In this document: piece after piece, positions 35,379 through 50,427 of the stretch | Layout: each line of letters opens with the position of its first letter | How positions within the stretch are numbered: the stretch's first letter is position 1 | Origin: the human T2T-CHM13v2.0 reference genome, Homo sapiens | Direction: 5' to 3' (one strand) | Assembly: GCF_009914755.1 (NCBI RefSeq) | Contig: NC_060925.1 | Length of the DNA: 64,000 nt | Notes under the pieces: generated by a model | Told to the model about the DNA's origin: nothing | Databases searched by the model: none | What the model saw: only the letters and a program-made list of their open reading frames with translations | Program-made: the position numbers and the translations under genes

Positions 35379-38300
35379 GTGATGTATCTATTCCAAAGGC
35401 GATGAAAGTAAATAAGACTTTTTTGGTAAAAGTACTTTTTTTTTTTTTTTTGGTAATAAGTAAGACAAAGTACCTGCTCAAAATTATCAGCAAAATCAAT
35501 AATTTTAAAGCAAGGGAAAAATAATGCATAGTCCTTACTTTCTAATCAGTCCTCGGCCCCTCAGTTTAGTTCAGTAATGATTAATATCATCATGATCATG
35601 ACCATCATCATCCACTAGGTTCCAGGCTCTGTGCTAAATGCCAGAGTACAAATGTAAAGAAGACAGGGCCTGGGCCCCTGAGGGGCTCTGCCTAGTTAAC
35701 TCTAGGGTACATGTTGGTGCCCTAATTGTGATAGGTTTGACCTCTAGATTTCTTCTAGGGCTACAATTAGAACACACTGTCAATCTGGAATGAGAACCAA
35801 CCAATGTAAGTATCTAAAAATTGCCCAAGATGCTATAACACTTGTGCTAGGTATAGCAGGGTGACTGATTTTCTAACAATATTGAACCTATCTGTAAACA
35901 ATCAATGTTTCACACCTAGATTTATTTTAACACATACTGGGCTTAAAAAATTATTGTATATACTTGTGTACATGATATTTTGAGATAGATAATGAAAGGT
36001 TACTCTAGTCACACAAATTAATGTCTGTCTAATTGATCAAACTAAATTACTCAGAATTTCACATTCGCCTGTCAGTTACATATAAGATGAATTTCAAATA
36101 ATTAAATGAATGATGTTAATTAAGTTTAGTATACTACTAAAAGTTGAATTATGAGCATCTTGAAACAGTGAATGATATAGACTTGTACATAGGATATATT
36201 CTATAATTACACTGAGTGAGATGGCTAATGAGACAATTGGGGTGTAATTTTATCAATGCTTTTATTCTTTTCACTTCAAATTATTTTACCTTTAGTCTAG
36301 AATAAAACAGGTTTGTTGTATCTTTGATTTTGCAACATACATTAATATAAAGTATAAAATACAAACAGCTATTAAGAGGAAGCATTTGTGAGATGCAGTT
36401 TTGGTGAATGTGATTTTGACTTTGTAATCAAAATAAAAAAAATTAAGCTCTAAACTGAAAAGAAGAGAAATGGACAGGGACAACTATTGTGCTAGAGCAC
36501 AAGAAGTCCTTGTTCAGCTGCTTGCTGGAATAAAATCTTTACACAAGGGTAGCTCTTCATTTATATTTACTCAGTTCTGTTCATTTCCTGCTCAGTCGAT
36601 AGTCAGCTTTGTATTGTATTTATTCTTGTCATGATGTACTAATTACTTGCCAAAGGCTCTCAGTATTTTTTAAAAATGAAAAATGGTGCATACAAGCTTT
36701 GGGAAAGTGAAGTTACATAAAGAGCCTTTTTGGTTACTCATTAGGGTGCTCACTCAGTAACTCTTCCCTTGTTACTTATTTTTGTGAACAACTCTTTTCC
36801 TCTCCTAAGTTAATAAACTTAGTGAATGCTTCACTACATTCAAAGATTCAGAATATTCTTTTAGAAGCTATAATGTAGGCAATGGGCGAATCAATGCTGA
36901 CGTTTTATAAAGAGCTGATTTCATTGCACAGGACTTGCAAGTCTCTTTGGAAAAGGGATCCACATTTTTGTGATTTATTAAATATACAAACTATAGCCGT
37001 TATAGTTTGTTTCAGGTGTTTATCATATACTCAAGGAAGTCTCTACATAAGGCCAAAATATTCAGATGAGAAGTGAAAAAATGTAATCACCTACATTAAG
37101 TCAAGCATTGGAATGTTTTGGAAAAATCTAGAAGAGCAAATTTTTGTATAGAGAATTTGGCAACACTTAGATACAACGAACAATGTCTGGCAGAAAATGT
37201 GTTTTATTTGGAGAGCTGGCTTACCAGCAGATGGCTATATATTATAGAACTAATTTGGTGACATCACATTCATATGCAACTCATATATTTAAAATATGAG
37301 AATATAACTAAAAGAAAAGAATAATATTAAATTCTCCATGAAACAAGCTTTTTAAAGGTAATTGACCAAAACGACTTTGAAAATTTTACTGAACAACAAA
37401 CTTTGCTCAAAGGTGCAGCATTGAAGTCAATTTGATGCATGCTAGTTACAGAGTTTCTGAAAATTTAACCTCAAATTGAAACCCTTTAGTGACAGCTTTT
37501 AAGTGATTAGTTACAGTTGCAGATACTTTATTCCCTGATCTAAGACAGTCTTATTAAATACATTATTAAAGGAAATGTCCTTACAAGCATTTTTACAAAT
37601 CACCGTTTGTCCATTCTGTCAAAAAGGGTTATCCAGAGTTCTCTTATGTTCTGTTGTGGTTTCTCAAGCCAGTGTAATACTATCTTAACCCCCTACCACC
37701 TATCTCTCAAATATCTACCTCTGAGATAGAGGAATCTGGATTCTCATGTAACTGGCTCAGCATGCAGTTAGTTTATCCCCACTCCCAAAAAAATAGCTCA
37801 AACCACAGAGGGAGGCTATAGGTGAGGGTGAGTGTCAGACATGGAGGAGGAGATGTTTTATTTTAATGCAGAGGGCATAATAAAATCAACTTATAAGGCT
37901 TGTCTTTTACCATAAAAGATACTATCTGCTTACTAGGTTTGCATCTCATTTCCAAGGTAAAATTTTACTTTCCCTACCAATATGTATTTACCTTTCTTAG
38001 ATTCATAGGACCAGAGGCAATATTATATGCCAATAATCATGTCTCCAGTGAAAGCTGTGGGAGCATTTTAAGCAATTGCTCATAAATAATTGCTGGCTGT
38101 AGGGAATGTAGGGACAAATAAACAGTAAAGGAAGAGGGATAGTGTTGCAAGGTTCATTCACTGTGCAAACAGCCCAGGTAGGGTCCAAAGTCTACAATTC
38201 TTACCTCCTCCCTTATTTGAAATGAAACCTGCATGTGACATTTTGATATTTTGAGGTTTCTCCCCCTTCTTCTTTACATTGCTGAACTTCTGATGCAGTC

Positions 38301-39522
38301 GTCTAGAAGCCTCATAAGTAGGTGAAGTGGTTGTTCACTATGTCACTGTATGATTTTAAGAACATAGGAGAAACTCCTGTTCCCACTACCTCACCCAGAG
38401 TCTTGCCAAATTCACTTTGGAAGAAATCTCAGTGCCACAGTTAATGCTTCATTGTTTTTCCTCAAGCCAAAGATTAAGTGCTAATGCAAGTACTCCTAAG
38501 GAAGGTAGTTCATTGACCTATTATCAGTCACTTATACCTTAGTGGGTATGAGTTTGACAACAGTTTATATAGAAAACAATAAATTTAAAAATTACTTTCT
38601 GATTTTTTCTGAAACTAACAAGTTTTAAGATAAATACTAAATTATTTGAACACATTTTAATTGAAGAATTATCTTTACTATCATGGCTAATATTTATTAT
38701 CTGTTATATGCCAGTCATTATTCTAAGATTTCACGACAACAAACCTGTATGACAGAGACATGATTATTATTACCATTTTACAGATGAGAAAGATGAGGCA
38801 CACAGAGGTTAAATAACTTCATAAAAGTCACTGAGCCAGGATTTGCACTTATTAGTCTAGTTCTAAAACCTGCACATAAACCACTCTCCTACTCAATTAT
38901 TCTCTCAAAGGTATGATGGCTGGAACATGTAGAAGGAAAGATATTTAAATGTGAACCATGAAAAGTCTGAAATTATTTTAAAATGTTCTCATACCAACAA
39001 CTATTATAATATGGATACAATTTTTTATACCAGTGCCTGATGGAACTCTACTATGCTTACAATGATCTGAACATCAGCATAATGGGATAATTAGAACCAT
39101 ATTAACATCAGGTACTTACTATTCAGCGGCTGATACAATAACTTGCATGACTATTATCTTTATGATTATTGCCATCATTGTCATCATTATTTATAGAGAG
39201 CTTATCCGATCCCAGGAACCATGTTTAGTACTCTACCTAAGTGACTTCATTTAAATTTCAGGCAATCTTATGGGTGGTTATAATCATTTCCATTTTATAG
39301 ATGAGAAAACTGAGGCTCAGAGATGCTAAAGTCGTAGAATCAGAAATGATAAAGCTAGAATTTTAACTTGTCTGCCTTTAAAGCTTACTTTCTTAACCAC
39401 TTCACTATGTCCAAAAGTCTAATACTATTAATGCTTCTAGTCTCACCACCACCAAATACCACTTATTGAGTGTCATCTATGTGCCAGGAAGCCTATATCA
39501 GGCTAGTTCTATGTCACTATGT

Positions 39523-39800
39523 CAGTGGCTCATGGGCCAAACCCAACCAATTTCCTGTTTTTGTAAATAAAATTGTATTGTCAGAGGCGGTCTTACTCTG
39601 GTGTATGACTTGAGGGAAAGAATACGGTAACAAAGTTAATTAGTTCTGGCATCTGTAACCAAAGCCAAAAAAATAGGTATCGTCTATGGCTGCTTTTGTA
39701 CTAAAAGGCAGAGTTGAGTACTTGCAACAGAGATCTTATGGCCTGCAAAGCCAAACAAACTTACTATCTGGCCCTTTACGGAAAAATTTACTGACCCCCG
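39523..39800 (+). mobile_element. MER58A (hAT-Charlie) with an internal foreign segment
   Basis: CCTGTTTTTGTAAATAAA...GTCTATGGCTGCTTT...GCAGAGTTGAGTA...TACTATCTGGCCCTTTAC...GACCCC. Confidence 0.8.
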
Positions 39801-40089
39801 CCTTAAACCATCTTTCAATGTATGTATTATTATTCCCATTTTAAGATGAACATATGAGAATTCAGAGAAATTAGATAACTTGCCCTCCCAAACATTAAAG
39901 AGTAAGAACCCAGTGAAAAATGCAGGTCTAGAGGACTCCAAAACCTTTTCCTTTTCTTCTCTCAAAACTTACAACAGCAACAATTTTTATAATTACCAGT
40001 TGCAAGAGATTTCCCTAACAACACGTGGTTAACAGTATAGTTTTAAATGTTGATGCTGGTATTAAAGACTTAGACATTTTCCCTTTTCA

Positions 40090-40251
<162 letters not shown>

Positions 40252-40838
40252 TTAAACTATGTCTGTATTCAGGGTCATCAAAGGCAGAGTTGCTAAGCAA
40301 GAAAAACAAACAGATGATACCAAGAGTGATTGCTACCATTCCTCCTGGTCCTGAGGCTGACTCACTTATTTTCAATCTAGAAGGTTTTAGCAGCTCATTA
40401 ACTCAACATTACATGTACACAGATCACAATAGAATGGTAGAAACACTTGTCCTGGACCCAAAAGAAGTCAACAGAGTAGGAGAAATAGTTCTGGCCAAGT
40501 CTTGCCCACTTTGACCCACTGTCATTCCTTAGCAATAACTTTCTTTGCTTAAGAAAGATGTTCATTTCAATTACAGAGGGTGATGCGAGAGGGTAGTTAC
40601 TTTAGATTTCTCTGACATGGGTGTGCTCAGAGACCTAGATGAATTGAGGAACCAAATCACACAGCTCTCTGGCTCTGAGGCAGGAGTAGTCTTGATGTAT
40701 CTAAGGAACAGTAAGAAAAACAGTACGGGAAGAAAGAAGAGATGAGGTGGATGGTAGGTGTGTAGAACAAGGGAGGCCCTATGGGCTACGGTAAGAACTT
40801 GAATTTTCTTCTAAGTGAAATGGGACATCACTGGAGCA

Positions 40839-41139
40839 TTTTTCTTTTTTTTTTTGAGATGGAGTCTCGCTCTGTCTCCTAGGCTGGAGTGCAGTGATGC
40901 AATCTCAGGACCCACTGCAACCTCCGCCTCCTGGGTTCAAGCAATTCTCCTACCTCAACCTCCCAAGTAGCTGGGATTGCAGGCATGCACCACCACACCC
41001 AGCTAATTTTTGTATTTTTAGTAGAGATGACTTTTCACCATGTTGGCCAGGCTGGTCTCAAACTCCTGACCTCAGGTGATACACCCGCCTCAGCCTCCCA
41101 AAGTGCTGGGATTACAGGTGTGAGCCACCACGCCTCGTC
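40839..41139 (-). mobile_element. Alu (AluS-type)
   Basis: Reverse Alu with poly-T. Confidence 0.93.
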
Positions 41140-41789
41140 TAAGTGAAATGGAGCATTTCTAAGTAAAATGAAAAACCACTTTGTACAGCAGAGACATAGT
41201 ATAACGTGTATTAAAAGTTCATCCTAAAACAAAAAGTTCATCATAGCTGCTGTGTAGAGAATAGTCTGTGTAGGGACAAGAATGGAAGCAGAGAGATTAG
41301 GCAGTATAGGAAAGAGACTGCAGTGTACTGGGCCAGCACATGTAGCAGAACGTGATGAGTAGTGGTTGGAGTCTGGACATTTTTGTAGGTAAGGCAAACA
41401 AGACTTGCTGATGGATTGCATGTGGCTTGTGAGAGACAGAAGTCAAGGATGACCTCAAGGTGTTTTATCAGAACAACTGGGTAAATGATGTTATTAGTTA
41501 CTGCAATGGGAGAACACAGCAGAGACAGGAGGTTATGGGTGCAGAAATCAAGAATGAGGTTTTACTTTCTACATGCCAGGCACTGTGTTAGAAAGTTTCT
41601 GGCTACCTGGATCAAATACAGTCCCTGTACTGAAGGAACTCACAAGCTAGTTTGGAGATAGATGTATGATAGGAGCGACTGCTGAGATATGGGCAAAATA
41701 TTACAGAAGAAGAGAGGATGAAGCACAAATTCTGTCTGGGGAGTTAGGGAAAAAGTTGATGGCTGAGTCAGAATTTGAGGAATTGTATA

Positions 41790-42118
41790 TAGTCAGCCCT
41801 CCATGACCATGGTTCATATTCATGGTTACACATCCATGGAGTCAACCAATTTTGGATCAAAAATATTCAAAAAACAACAATAAAAAATAAACAATAAAAA
41901 CAATACAAATAAAACTATAACATAATAGCAATTTACATAGTATTTACATTGCATTCAGTATTATAACTAATTTAAAGATGATTTAAAGTATATGAGAGGA
42001 TGTGCATAGGTTATTGCAAATACTATGAAATTTTATATAAGGGACTTGAGCATCTGCAAATTTTGGTATCTGTGAGTAGTCCTGGAACCAATACCCTGTG
42101 GATACCAAGGGATGACTG
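41790..42118 (-). mobile_element. MER2 (TcMar-Tigger MITE)
   Basis: GGGACTTGAGCATC...GTCCTGGAACCAAT...GATACCAAGGGATGACTG; TA flanks. Confidence 0.8.
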
Positions 42119-42122
42119 TACT

Positions 42123-42308
42123 AGAATTTCCAAAGTGTAGTCCTTGGAGTCTCTGCATCAGAATCACCTAGGGTCTTAATAAGAGGCAGATTTCCAAATA
42201 TCACCTCAGCCTCAATGAATCTGAGTTCTGGAGGTGAAACTTGGGAATCTGGACTTTAACGTGTGCTCCTTGGTGATCTTGATGTCTTTGAAATCTTGAG
42301 AATCTATG
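42123..42308. mobile_element. MER5A-like hAT MITE
   Basis: CAAAGTGTAGTCC...GCATCAGAATCACCT...GGGAATCTG...TTGAGAA. Confidence 0.6.
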
Positions 42309-42719
42309 ACCAAAAGCCCCATTCCAGACAAGTGACAGAAATCAACTACTGTCATTTCTGAGCCATCCACAAGTGTCATGGGATTGGCTTCTCGCCATTA
42401 GGCGTCCTAGAAGCAGGAGAAGGAAGTCACGGCACTCATGGAGTTCAGCCAGCATTTGTTTGCAGTGGTGATGATAATCATAATAAGGCTTTCCTGTACT
42501 GTTTCCCTTAATACATTCAAGCACTGTAAGTCCCTACATTAATCCTCACAAGTTTTTAAGGTAGATATTAAGATCCTCATTTTATAGGTGAGGACACTGA
42601 GCCTCAGAGAGTTTAAATATCTTGCCTAATATCACACAGCATCATGATTTAAAGTTTAATATGTCTGTCTCTAGATCGTGACTTTTAAGCCACTTCTTTA
42701 TACTACACCTCCACCTTGT

Positions 42720-43670
42720 ATTCATTCCTTTATTCATTCCTTTATTTATTCAATGAATATCAAGTGCCTATATTATCCTAGGCATCAGAATTGCAATGGT
42801 GCGTAAAAGAGTAAAATAGATACACCCACTCCCTGCCTTCATAGAGTTTATAAAAGTCAAACATTTTTATAGTTCTATAACTTTATACGTTTTTATAGTA
42901 GGAAAGACAGATTTTAAACAAATGATCACAAAAACATTCAATTTAAACCTATGGTAAATATTATGACAGAAAAGGAGGGAATACTCTGAAGAGTATTTGA
43001 CAGTGGAATCTAGTCCAATTGGAGGTGAGTTGGGGAATCCCTTCCCGAGGAATTAATCCTTTAACTGAGGTCCAAAGGCAGAGAGGAAAAGGGATGGCCA
43101 AAGACATTCTAAAAAGTTAGAGTAGCGTGCGCAAAGGCCCTGAGGTGCCAGAAAATGTGGCCTTTTTAGAGAACTGACAGTTATCCAGTGGGGAGGTGGA
43201 GCTTAGTATGTGAAAGGAAGGGGCAGAAGGTGAAGCCGAAGGCATCCTCAGAGTCCCATCATGCAGGGCTTTGTAAGCCTCATAGAGTTTTCCCTTTAGC
43301 CTAAGAGTATCTGGAAGCCATTAAAGAGTTTTCATCAGGGGTGCAACATGGACCAGATTTTGGTTTTAAAATCTCTGGCTGTATTTGTGGAGGATGATCT
43401 CGGAGGAGACTGAGCAGAGAACAATTGAGAGAACAGATAGAAGACTCCAGGAGAGATGGTGGTGACTGAGATTATGATGAGATGATGAGGAGAGAATATA
43501 TTAGTGATGTATTTATGAGATAAAATAGTTGGAACTTGAAGATGGATTGGATGTGGGGTAGAGAATAAAGGACATCAGTTGCTGTGGATGGCTGATGAGG
43601 TTCTGATTTGGGGAGCTGGGTGGAGGAGGGTGCCATTCTCTGAGATGGAGGACACCGTGGGAGGGCTTTG
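42720..43670 (-). mobile_element. L2 fragment
   Basis: (TTCA)n-like terminus and GCAAAGGCCCTGAGG, GAAGCCATT motifs; boundaries approximate. Confidence 0.6.
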
Positions 43671-43679
43671 TTTGGTGGG

Positions 43680-44157
43680 TGTAGTAGGCAGAATAATGTG
43701 CCCCTGCTGAGATGTCCACGTCCTAATCTCTGGGACCTGGAAATATGCTACTTTATATGGCAAAAGGGACTGTGTATCTATGATTAAGAATCTTGAGATG
43801 AGATTCTTCTGGGCTGTCCAGGTGGATCCCATGTAATAACAAAGGTCCTTATCAGAGGGATGCAGGAGAATCTGAGTTAGGAAGAGCTTGGAAGATGCTA
43901 CTCAGCTGGTTTTGAAGATGGAGGAAGGGGCCATGAGCCCGTGAGTGTAGGCAGCTTCCAGTAACTGGAAAAGACAAGGAAACAATTCTCCCCCAGAGCC
44001 TCCAGAAGGAATGCAGCTCTGCCAACACCTTGATTTTAGCCCAATAAAACCCATTTTGGACTTCTCGTCTGCAGATATATAATCATAAAAGAATAAATTT
44101 GTGTTGTTTTAGCCACTAAGTTTGCAGTAACTGGTTACAGAAGCAATGGTAAACTCT
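43680..44157 (+). mobile_element. MLT1D-like MaLR LTR
   Basis: TGTAGTAGGCAGAATAATG...CAGAGCCTCCAGAAGGAATGCAGC...AATAAATTTGTGTTGTTTTAGCCACTAAG. Confidence 0.8.
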
Positions 44158-45261
44158 GATTTCTGGGACAGAGGTCCTATCTTTCCCTACCCCTGTCTTG
44201 CCACCCACGGTTGTCCTATTCCTTTCCTTGAACTCCTACTCCTGGAGTTTATTCTGATCTTGTGCCTGAAGCTTTTTGTTTGTTTTTATGTTAGCTTTAC
44301 ACAGGACTGTGGAGGTCACAAAGTTCAGTCCTTATTTTAGTTAACAAAGCCTGGGAGGTAGGAATCGGGGGACAAAGGTGACTTGCCCAAGGTCAGTCAG
44401 TGATCTGGTAGCATTGCTGGGATCAGAACTCAGATCTCTGGACTCCTGAGCCAAAGCTCTCCCTATTCCTTCCACGGGGCAGGCTCAGGCCCCCATCTTT
44501 ATAGAATAGTCCAGATGTCTACACCTCTTTTGACTCCTGACATGTCGGACTCCACTGACTGACCCCCCTCTTCCAGCTGCTACCCTCTGTCTTGGCTCCT
44601 GATGGAAGTTTCCACTGACTATTCCCACCTACCCCAGCTGCCAATGAGCCCAACAGGGTGCTGACTATGCTGCCAATTGTGTGCCGCATTTAGTTGCCAT
44701 GGTTCTCTTGCTTGGTTGATTTGTTTGTTGGCATCACATGCCTGCAAATACCAGATGCCCAGAGAAAGTCTCCTAAGTTATTTAACCTAATAAGACCTAT
44801 TACTTCAGTGGACAGTTTGGAGTATTTATTCAACCTCCCCTCCTGCTTCTTCAGATTTAAGGCAAAACAAAAGGATGTTTTCATAAATGCATACCAAATA
44901 CTTTCACGCATGTAGGAAAACACATGGCTAAATGGTTTTCAAGCTGCTCTTTAGCTCCTCCAACAGCCAGATGGCCTAAAACCCTTCTAACCCTCTCCTC
45001 AGTGCCCAAAGCTGGATTGGGGAAAGGAGTGGCCTACTTCAGGGCTTGGGGAAGCCAGCACAGCATGTACCCAATTTAGTGCAGTTGTGGAACTGGAAAG
45101 GACTGCAGAAGGTCAACTAATCCAATCCCCTGCTCTTAGGTGAACAATGCATTACATAACACAAGGTAGTGATTGTTGCAGCTATTTCAAAACTCCTTCA
45201 GGGACAAACATTTTATAATTTGTCCCTGAAAAATATGCAGACTCAAAACTAGCCAATTTAA

Positions 45262-45864
<603 letters not shown>

Positions 45865-46599
45865 TAGGGGAAAGGTACAAATAACACAGGACTAGTCTGG
45901 GGAATGGGAGAGGCCACATAGTTAATGGCAGTGTTCAAATCCAGATCTTCTCAGTCAAAATAAAAGGCTTTTCCTTCACGCCAGATTTGCCTCCTTGTAT
46001 CAACTACTATAGAGTTACAAAGGTGAATAAGATACCACTCCTGCACTTCATAAGTTCATAGTTAAGCAACTTTGGACATTCAGGAAGAGATTACATTAAA
46101 ATGGACGTCGAAACACCTTTGTCCACATGAAACAAATATATTCTGAGATACACAGGGGTTGACAGAAAGGTGCAAAGGCCTTACACATAAATTGGAGACT
46201 GTTCTCACCAACTGTCAGAGTCTACCTCTAACAAGGTTAAATCAGGAAATCACTAAAAAATTTAATCATCTGAAAGGACTTTGATCACAGAACCCTTTTC
46301 TTCAAAAGCTATCCATGCCTTTTTATTGTTTAAAAGTCTTCAGCCTGGAATTAGTCCTTTCCGTCTCTTATGGCATTTAGCACAATGTCTCACACAGCAA
46401 AGGGATTAAAATTTGCTTAGCTTGGCAAAAGCCACAAAAGGTACACCTTCAAATACCGGCCCCAATCCTCTTTTCCTGGCCCTAATGAGTATGTTTCCCA
46501 CCTTATATTCCCTTCATCTACCTACAATTTAATTTAATTAAATAGTTCTTAAGTATCTATTGTACATGCTAAGCTTGGAGCTGGAGCTATGAAAATGAA

Positions 46600-48245
46600 T
46601 AGACTCTGTGATATAGGACAGGACATCCTTCAACTTCCTACTCATAACTACAAACTTAATTTTATTTGCAACGTTATCCTCTGCTTTCCTGGCCCCCCAT
46701 GAAGGTGGTAGCCATTCTACCTAAGGCCAAGCCAGCCCAAGGTTTGAATCCCAATGCTTCCTGCTTCTTCTAAGTCTCCATTAATCATTCTCTCTCAGAT
46801 GTTTTATCCCCACATTTTCTATTGGAAAGGACTTCATGGCATTTCTATAGAGTCTTCCCTTAAATATTTAAGTCTCTGTATTCCTTTTTATAAAATTCTC
46901 AAATGTCCTTAAGCTCCTCAGTACCCACCCCCACCCCCGAAACTACCCTGTCTCTCCTCCCATCTGGAACCAAGTTTCAGGGAAGAGTTATCTATAAGAC
47001 CCTTGTGCTTCAGTTTCCTCGCCTTCCATTCACTCCTCAACACCCTGCCATCTGGTCTTGTCCCACTATTCCATAACAAAGGGACCATATTTTGACCCTT
47101 ATATTAATAGCATTTGACCCTTTGCCTCCAGGATAACACATTCTCTAGATTTCTTCTCCCCTCCCTGAACAGGCTTTCTCAAGCTCCTTGGTAAACTTTT
47201 CTTTCTTGGCTCATCCCTTGGACTTTGCTGCTACTTTGAGCTCTGTCTGCAGCCTTCTCTTCTCATCACATCCTCCCTGGGTGAGTTCACACCCTCTAAA
47301 TTCTTCATTTGCCATCTTTGTTCTGATGTCTCCCAAATGTTGACAGCTAGCTCAGATCTCTCTTTTGAGGGCCAAACTTCTACACCCGTCTGCTCACTTA
47401 ACATCTCTAGGTAGATATTCTATACACACCTCAGACTCCAAATCTATACTTATCACCTTCTCTCACAAACTATCTCCTTTTCTTACATTTTCTTTCTCAC
47501 TGAATGGCACCCTATCCATTCTGCTGTTCAAACCAGACACCTTGAAGTCCATAACAATTCCCTTTTCTTCCTCATTATCTGCATCTAATGAGTCACCAAG
47601 TTTAATCAACTTTAGCTCCTAAATATCTTTGGACTCCATCTCAGCTTCTCTGCTATCTGGATTGATACAACAGTCCCATGACTACTTTCTCTGGCTCTGG
47701 ACTGGTCTTTCTCCAATCTATTCTCTATAATTGGACAACATAATCTTTCTAAAGGACAAATATTTCTCCTGCTGAAATCCTTTTAGGGACTCCCTATTCC
47801 TCTCAATATAAAGCCTAGCATGGATCCCTGATCCCCATCTAGTTGCATCTCTTGTTAATTCCTTCCCTGAAGTTTGTGGTCCAACTGTGCTGATCCAGTT
47901 ATGGTTCCACAAATATACCATACTCTCACCTCCAAACTTTTAAACATTCTGTGCCTTGGTTTAAAATGCATCTATCACCCAACCCCTTGCCTCCCCACTT
48001 GGCTTTCCAAGATCCTACTCTTTTTTCAGCTATCAATCTAGAAATAGAAATACTTTCCTGACCACCAGACTGGAGATAGGTCTCCTATGTCCTACTACAG
48101 AATCCTCATCATAGTTCTTCCTTATTACTCTACTGTCATTGCTTGTCTATCCATAGGTTATCCCCAATAGCTGATTGGCTCCTGGAAATCAAGGTCCATG
48201 TCTTATTCACTTTATCCCAGAGCCTAGAATGTAGTAGGTTCTCAA
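46600..48245 (+). mobile_element. L2 fragments
   Basis: CT-rich L2-like sequence ending TAGTAGGTTCTCAATA; boundaries approximate. Confidence 0.55.
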
Positions 48246-48250
48246 TATAC

Positions 48251-48554
48251 TTTTTTGTTGTTGTTGTTGTTGTTGTTTTTTTTTTGAGATAGAGTTTCGC
48301 TCTGTCACCCAGGTTGGAGTGAAGTGATGCGATGTCAGCTCACTGCAGCCTCCACCTCCTGGGTTCAAGTGATTCTCATGTCTCAGCCTCCTGAGTAGCT
48401 GGGACTACAGGCATGTACCACCATGCACAACTAATTTTTGTATTTTCAGTAGAGGCTGGGTTTCACCATGTGGGCCAGGCTGGTCTGGAACTCCTGACCT
48501 CAAGTGATCCATCTGCCTTGGCCTCCCAAAGTGCATGAGCCACCACGCCTGGCC
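48251..48554 (-). mobile_element. Alu (AluS-type) with a (TTG)n tail
   Basis: Reverse Alu. Confidence 0.92.
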
Positions 48555-50019
48555 TCAATACACAATTATTTAAAAATAAAAGAATATTTAAATGCAGATC
48601 TGTTTAAAATTAAATAAATATATAAATGAACACATGTGAAGACTATATAAATGAGTGGAGAAATATAGATATATAGATATCCATAATACTATGATATATA
48701 TGATCTAAGTTATGATTAGTAATAGCAGCAACAATAACAATAATGTAGCTAACTTCTACTGAGTGCCTATTATGTGTCAGCATCATTATAAATACTTTGT
48801 ACTTATTAACTCAATTGATCCTCTTAATATCTTTAGAAGGTAGGGATTAATTCAAGGTACTGGGGATGTATAGAAGAGGGAAGATTTAATTCTGCTGGTA
48901 TTGAGGGGGTGTCAATGTAGCTTCAGAGGGAAAGTGGCTTCTGGGTAGGTAGTAGTGAAAGCCTTGGTTTTGGGTGAGATTCGAACCCTGGGGAAGAATA
49001 TCTGGTGGGGATACTGAGCAGGAGTGGTAAGAGAAGTCTGAGAAAACCAAGGGGAAGTGGCACTAGAAAAAACAGGTAAAGCGAGAGCTTCAGAAAGGAA
49101 GAGTGTTAAATGTCCTAGTAATGTCTAGTAGTAAAAGAACATAGGCTCTGGCACCTCAAGTCCTAGGTGCCCTTTTGTGAGAGTAATTTTAGTAGACTTA
49201 TTCATACTAAAGCAGATTAGGGAAGGAATATAGGCGAAGAAATGTAGAGAATGATACAGAGTTCTCATACAGAAAACTGGTAGTGAAGGAAAGGAGAGAA
49301 AAGGAAAAGGCAGGCAGGGTCAAGGGGAGATTTTTTTTTTTCTTTTTCTAGATAGGAGTTAACTGGACATGGTTTGATTTGGTTTTGGTTTAGTCGTTGA
49401 TTTTTAACTGAAAGGAAGACTCCCATTGACTAAATATTGAAGATTAAAGGAGATCAGAAGAGGCAGGACAGACTAGGATGATTCTGGGAAAGACAGCAGG
49501 TCTTCATCTGATTGGGGAAAGGGACAGGTGAATTACTGACAAGGGGATTCAACTGGAGGAAGTTCTCCCTTGATGGTCTCTATCATCCCTGCGGAATATG
49601 GTATCATAGTTAAGATATTAGAACCCTATTCAACCCAGTCTTCTTGATAAAGGAAGAGATGAGGAAAAAATAAGAGATTTTCTTTAAAAATTATGGCTAT
49701 TGTATATATCACACTAAATAAACAGAAGAATAGACGGGAAAGAGATGCAAAAGAGTCAGCCATACATAGTTCCTTTGAATGAATCTAGGGAGCCAAATGG
49801 AAGCAAAATATCATTTTGCGAAGGCACATCTATGCTCATTAAACTAGACCATAATCTCCATGAACCCAGGATATGAGACTGTCTTGTCCACTATTGCATC
49901 CACAATGCCTATTTCAATGCCCAGCCCATACCAGGTACTCAATAACAGTTTTTTAGATGAATGAATAAAAATTCAAACACTTATAAGTTTTATTTAGTTA
50001 TTTTAATCAAGGTTAAAAA

Positions 50020-50192
50020 CAGAGCCAGCTTCATGGGTATGTGACCTGGGCAGTTTCACAGGGCCCCATGCCCCAAAGGGCCCCTGGCTTGGTTTAATGC
50101 TTTGCAGTCACTGTGAAATTTTCAATAATATGAACAAGGGGACTCACATTTTCATTTTGCACTGGGCCCCACATATTATGTAGCCAGTACTT
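50020..50192 (+). mobile_element. MER53 (hAT MITE)
   Basis: CAGAGCCAGCTTCATGGG...CATTTTCATTTTGCACTGGGCCCC...ATGTAGCCAGT; TSD (G/C)TTAAAAA. Confidence 0.8.
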
Positions 50193-50229
50193 CTTAAAAA
50201 AAAAAACCACACGTTTCTATAAATTTTCA

Positions 50230-50427
<198 letters not shown>

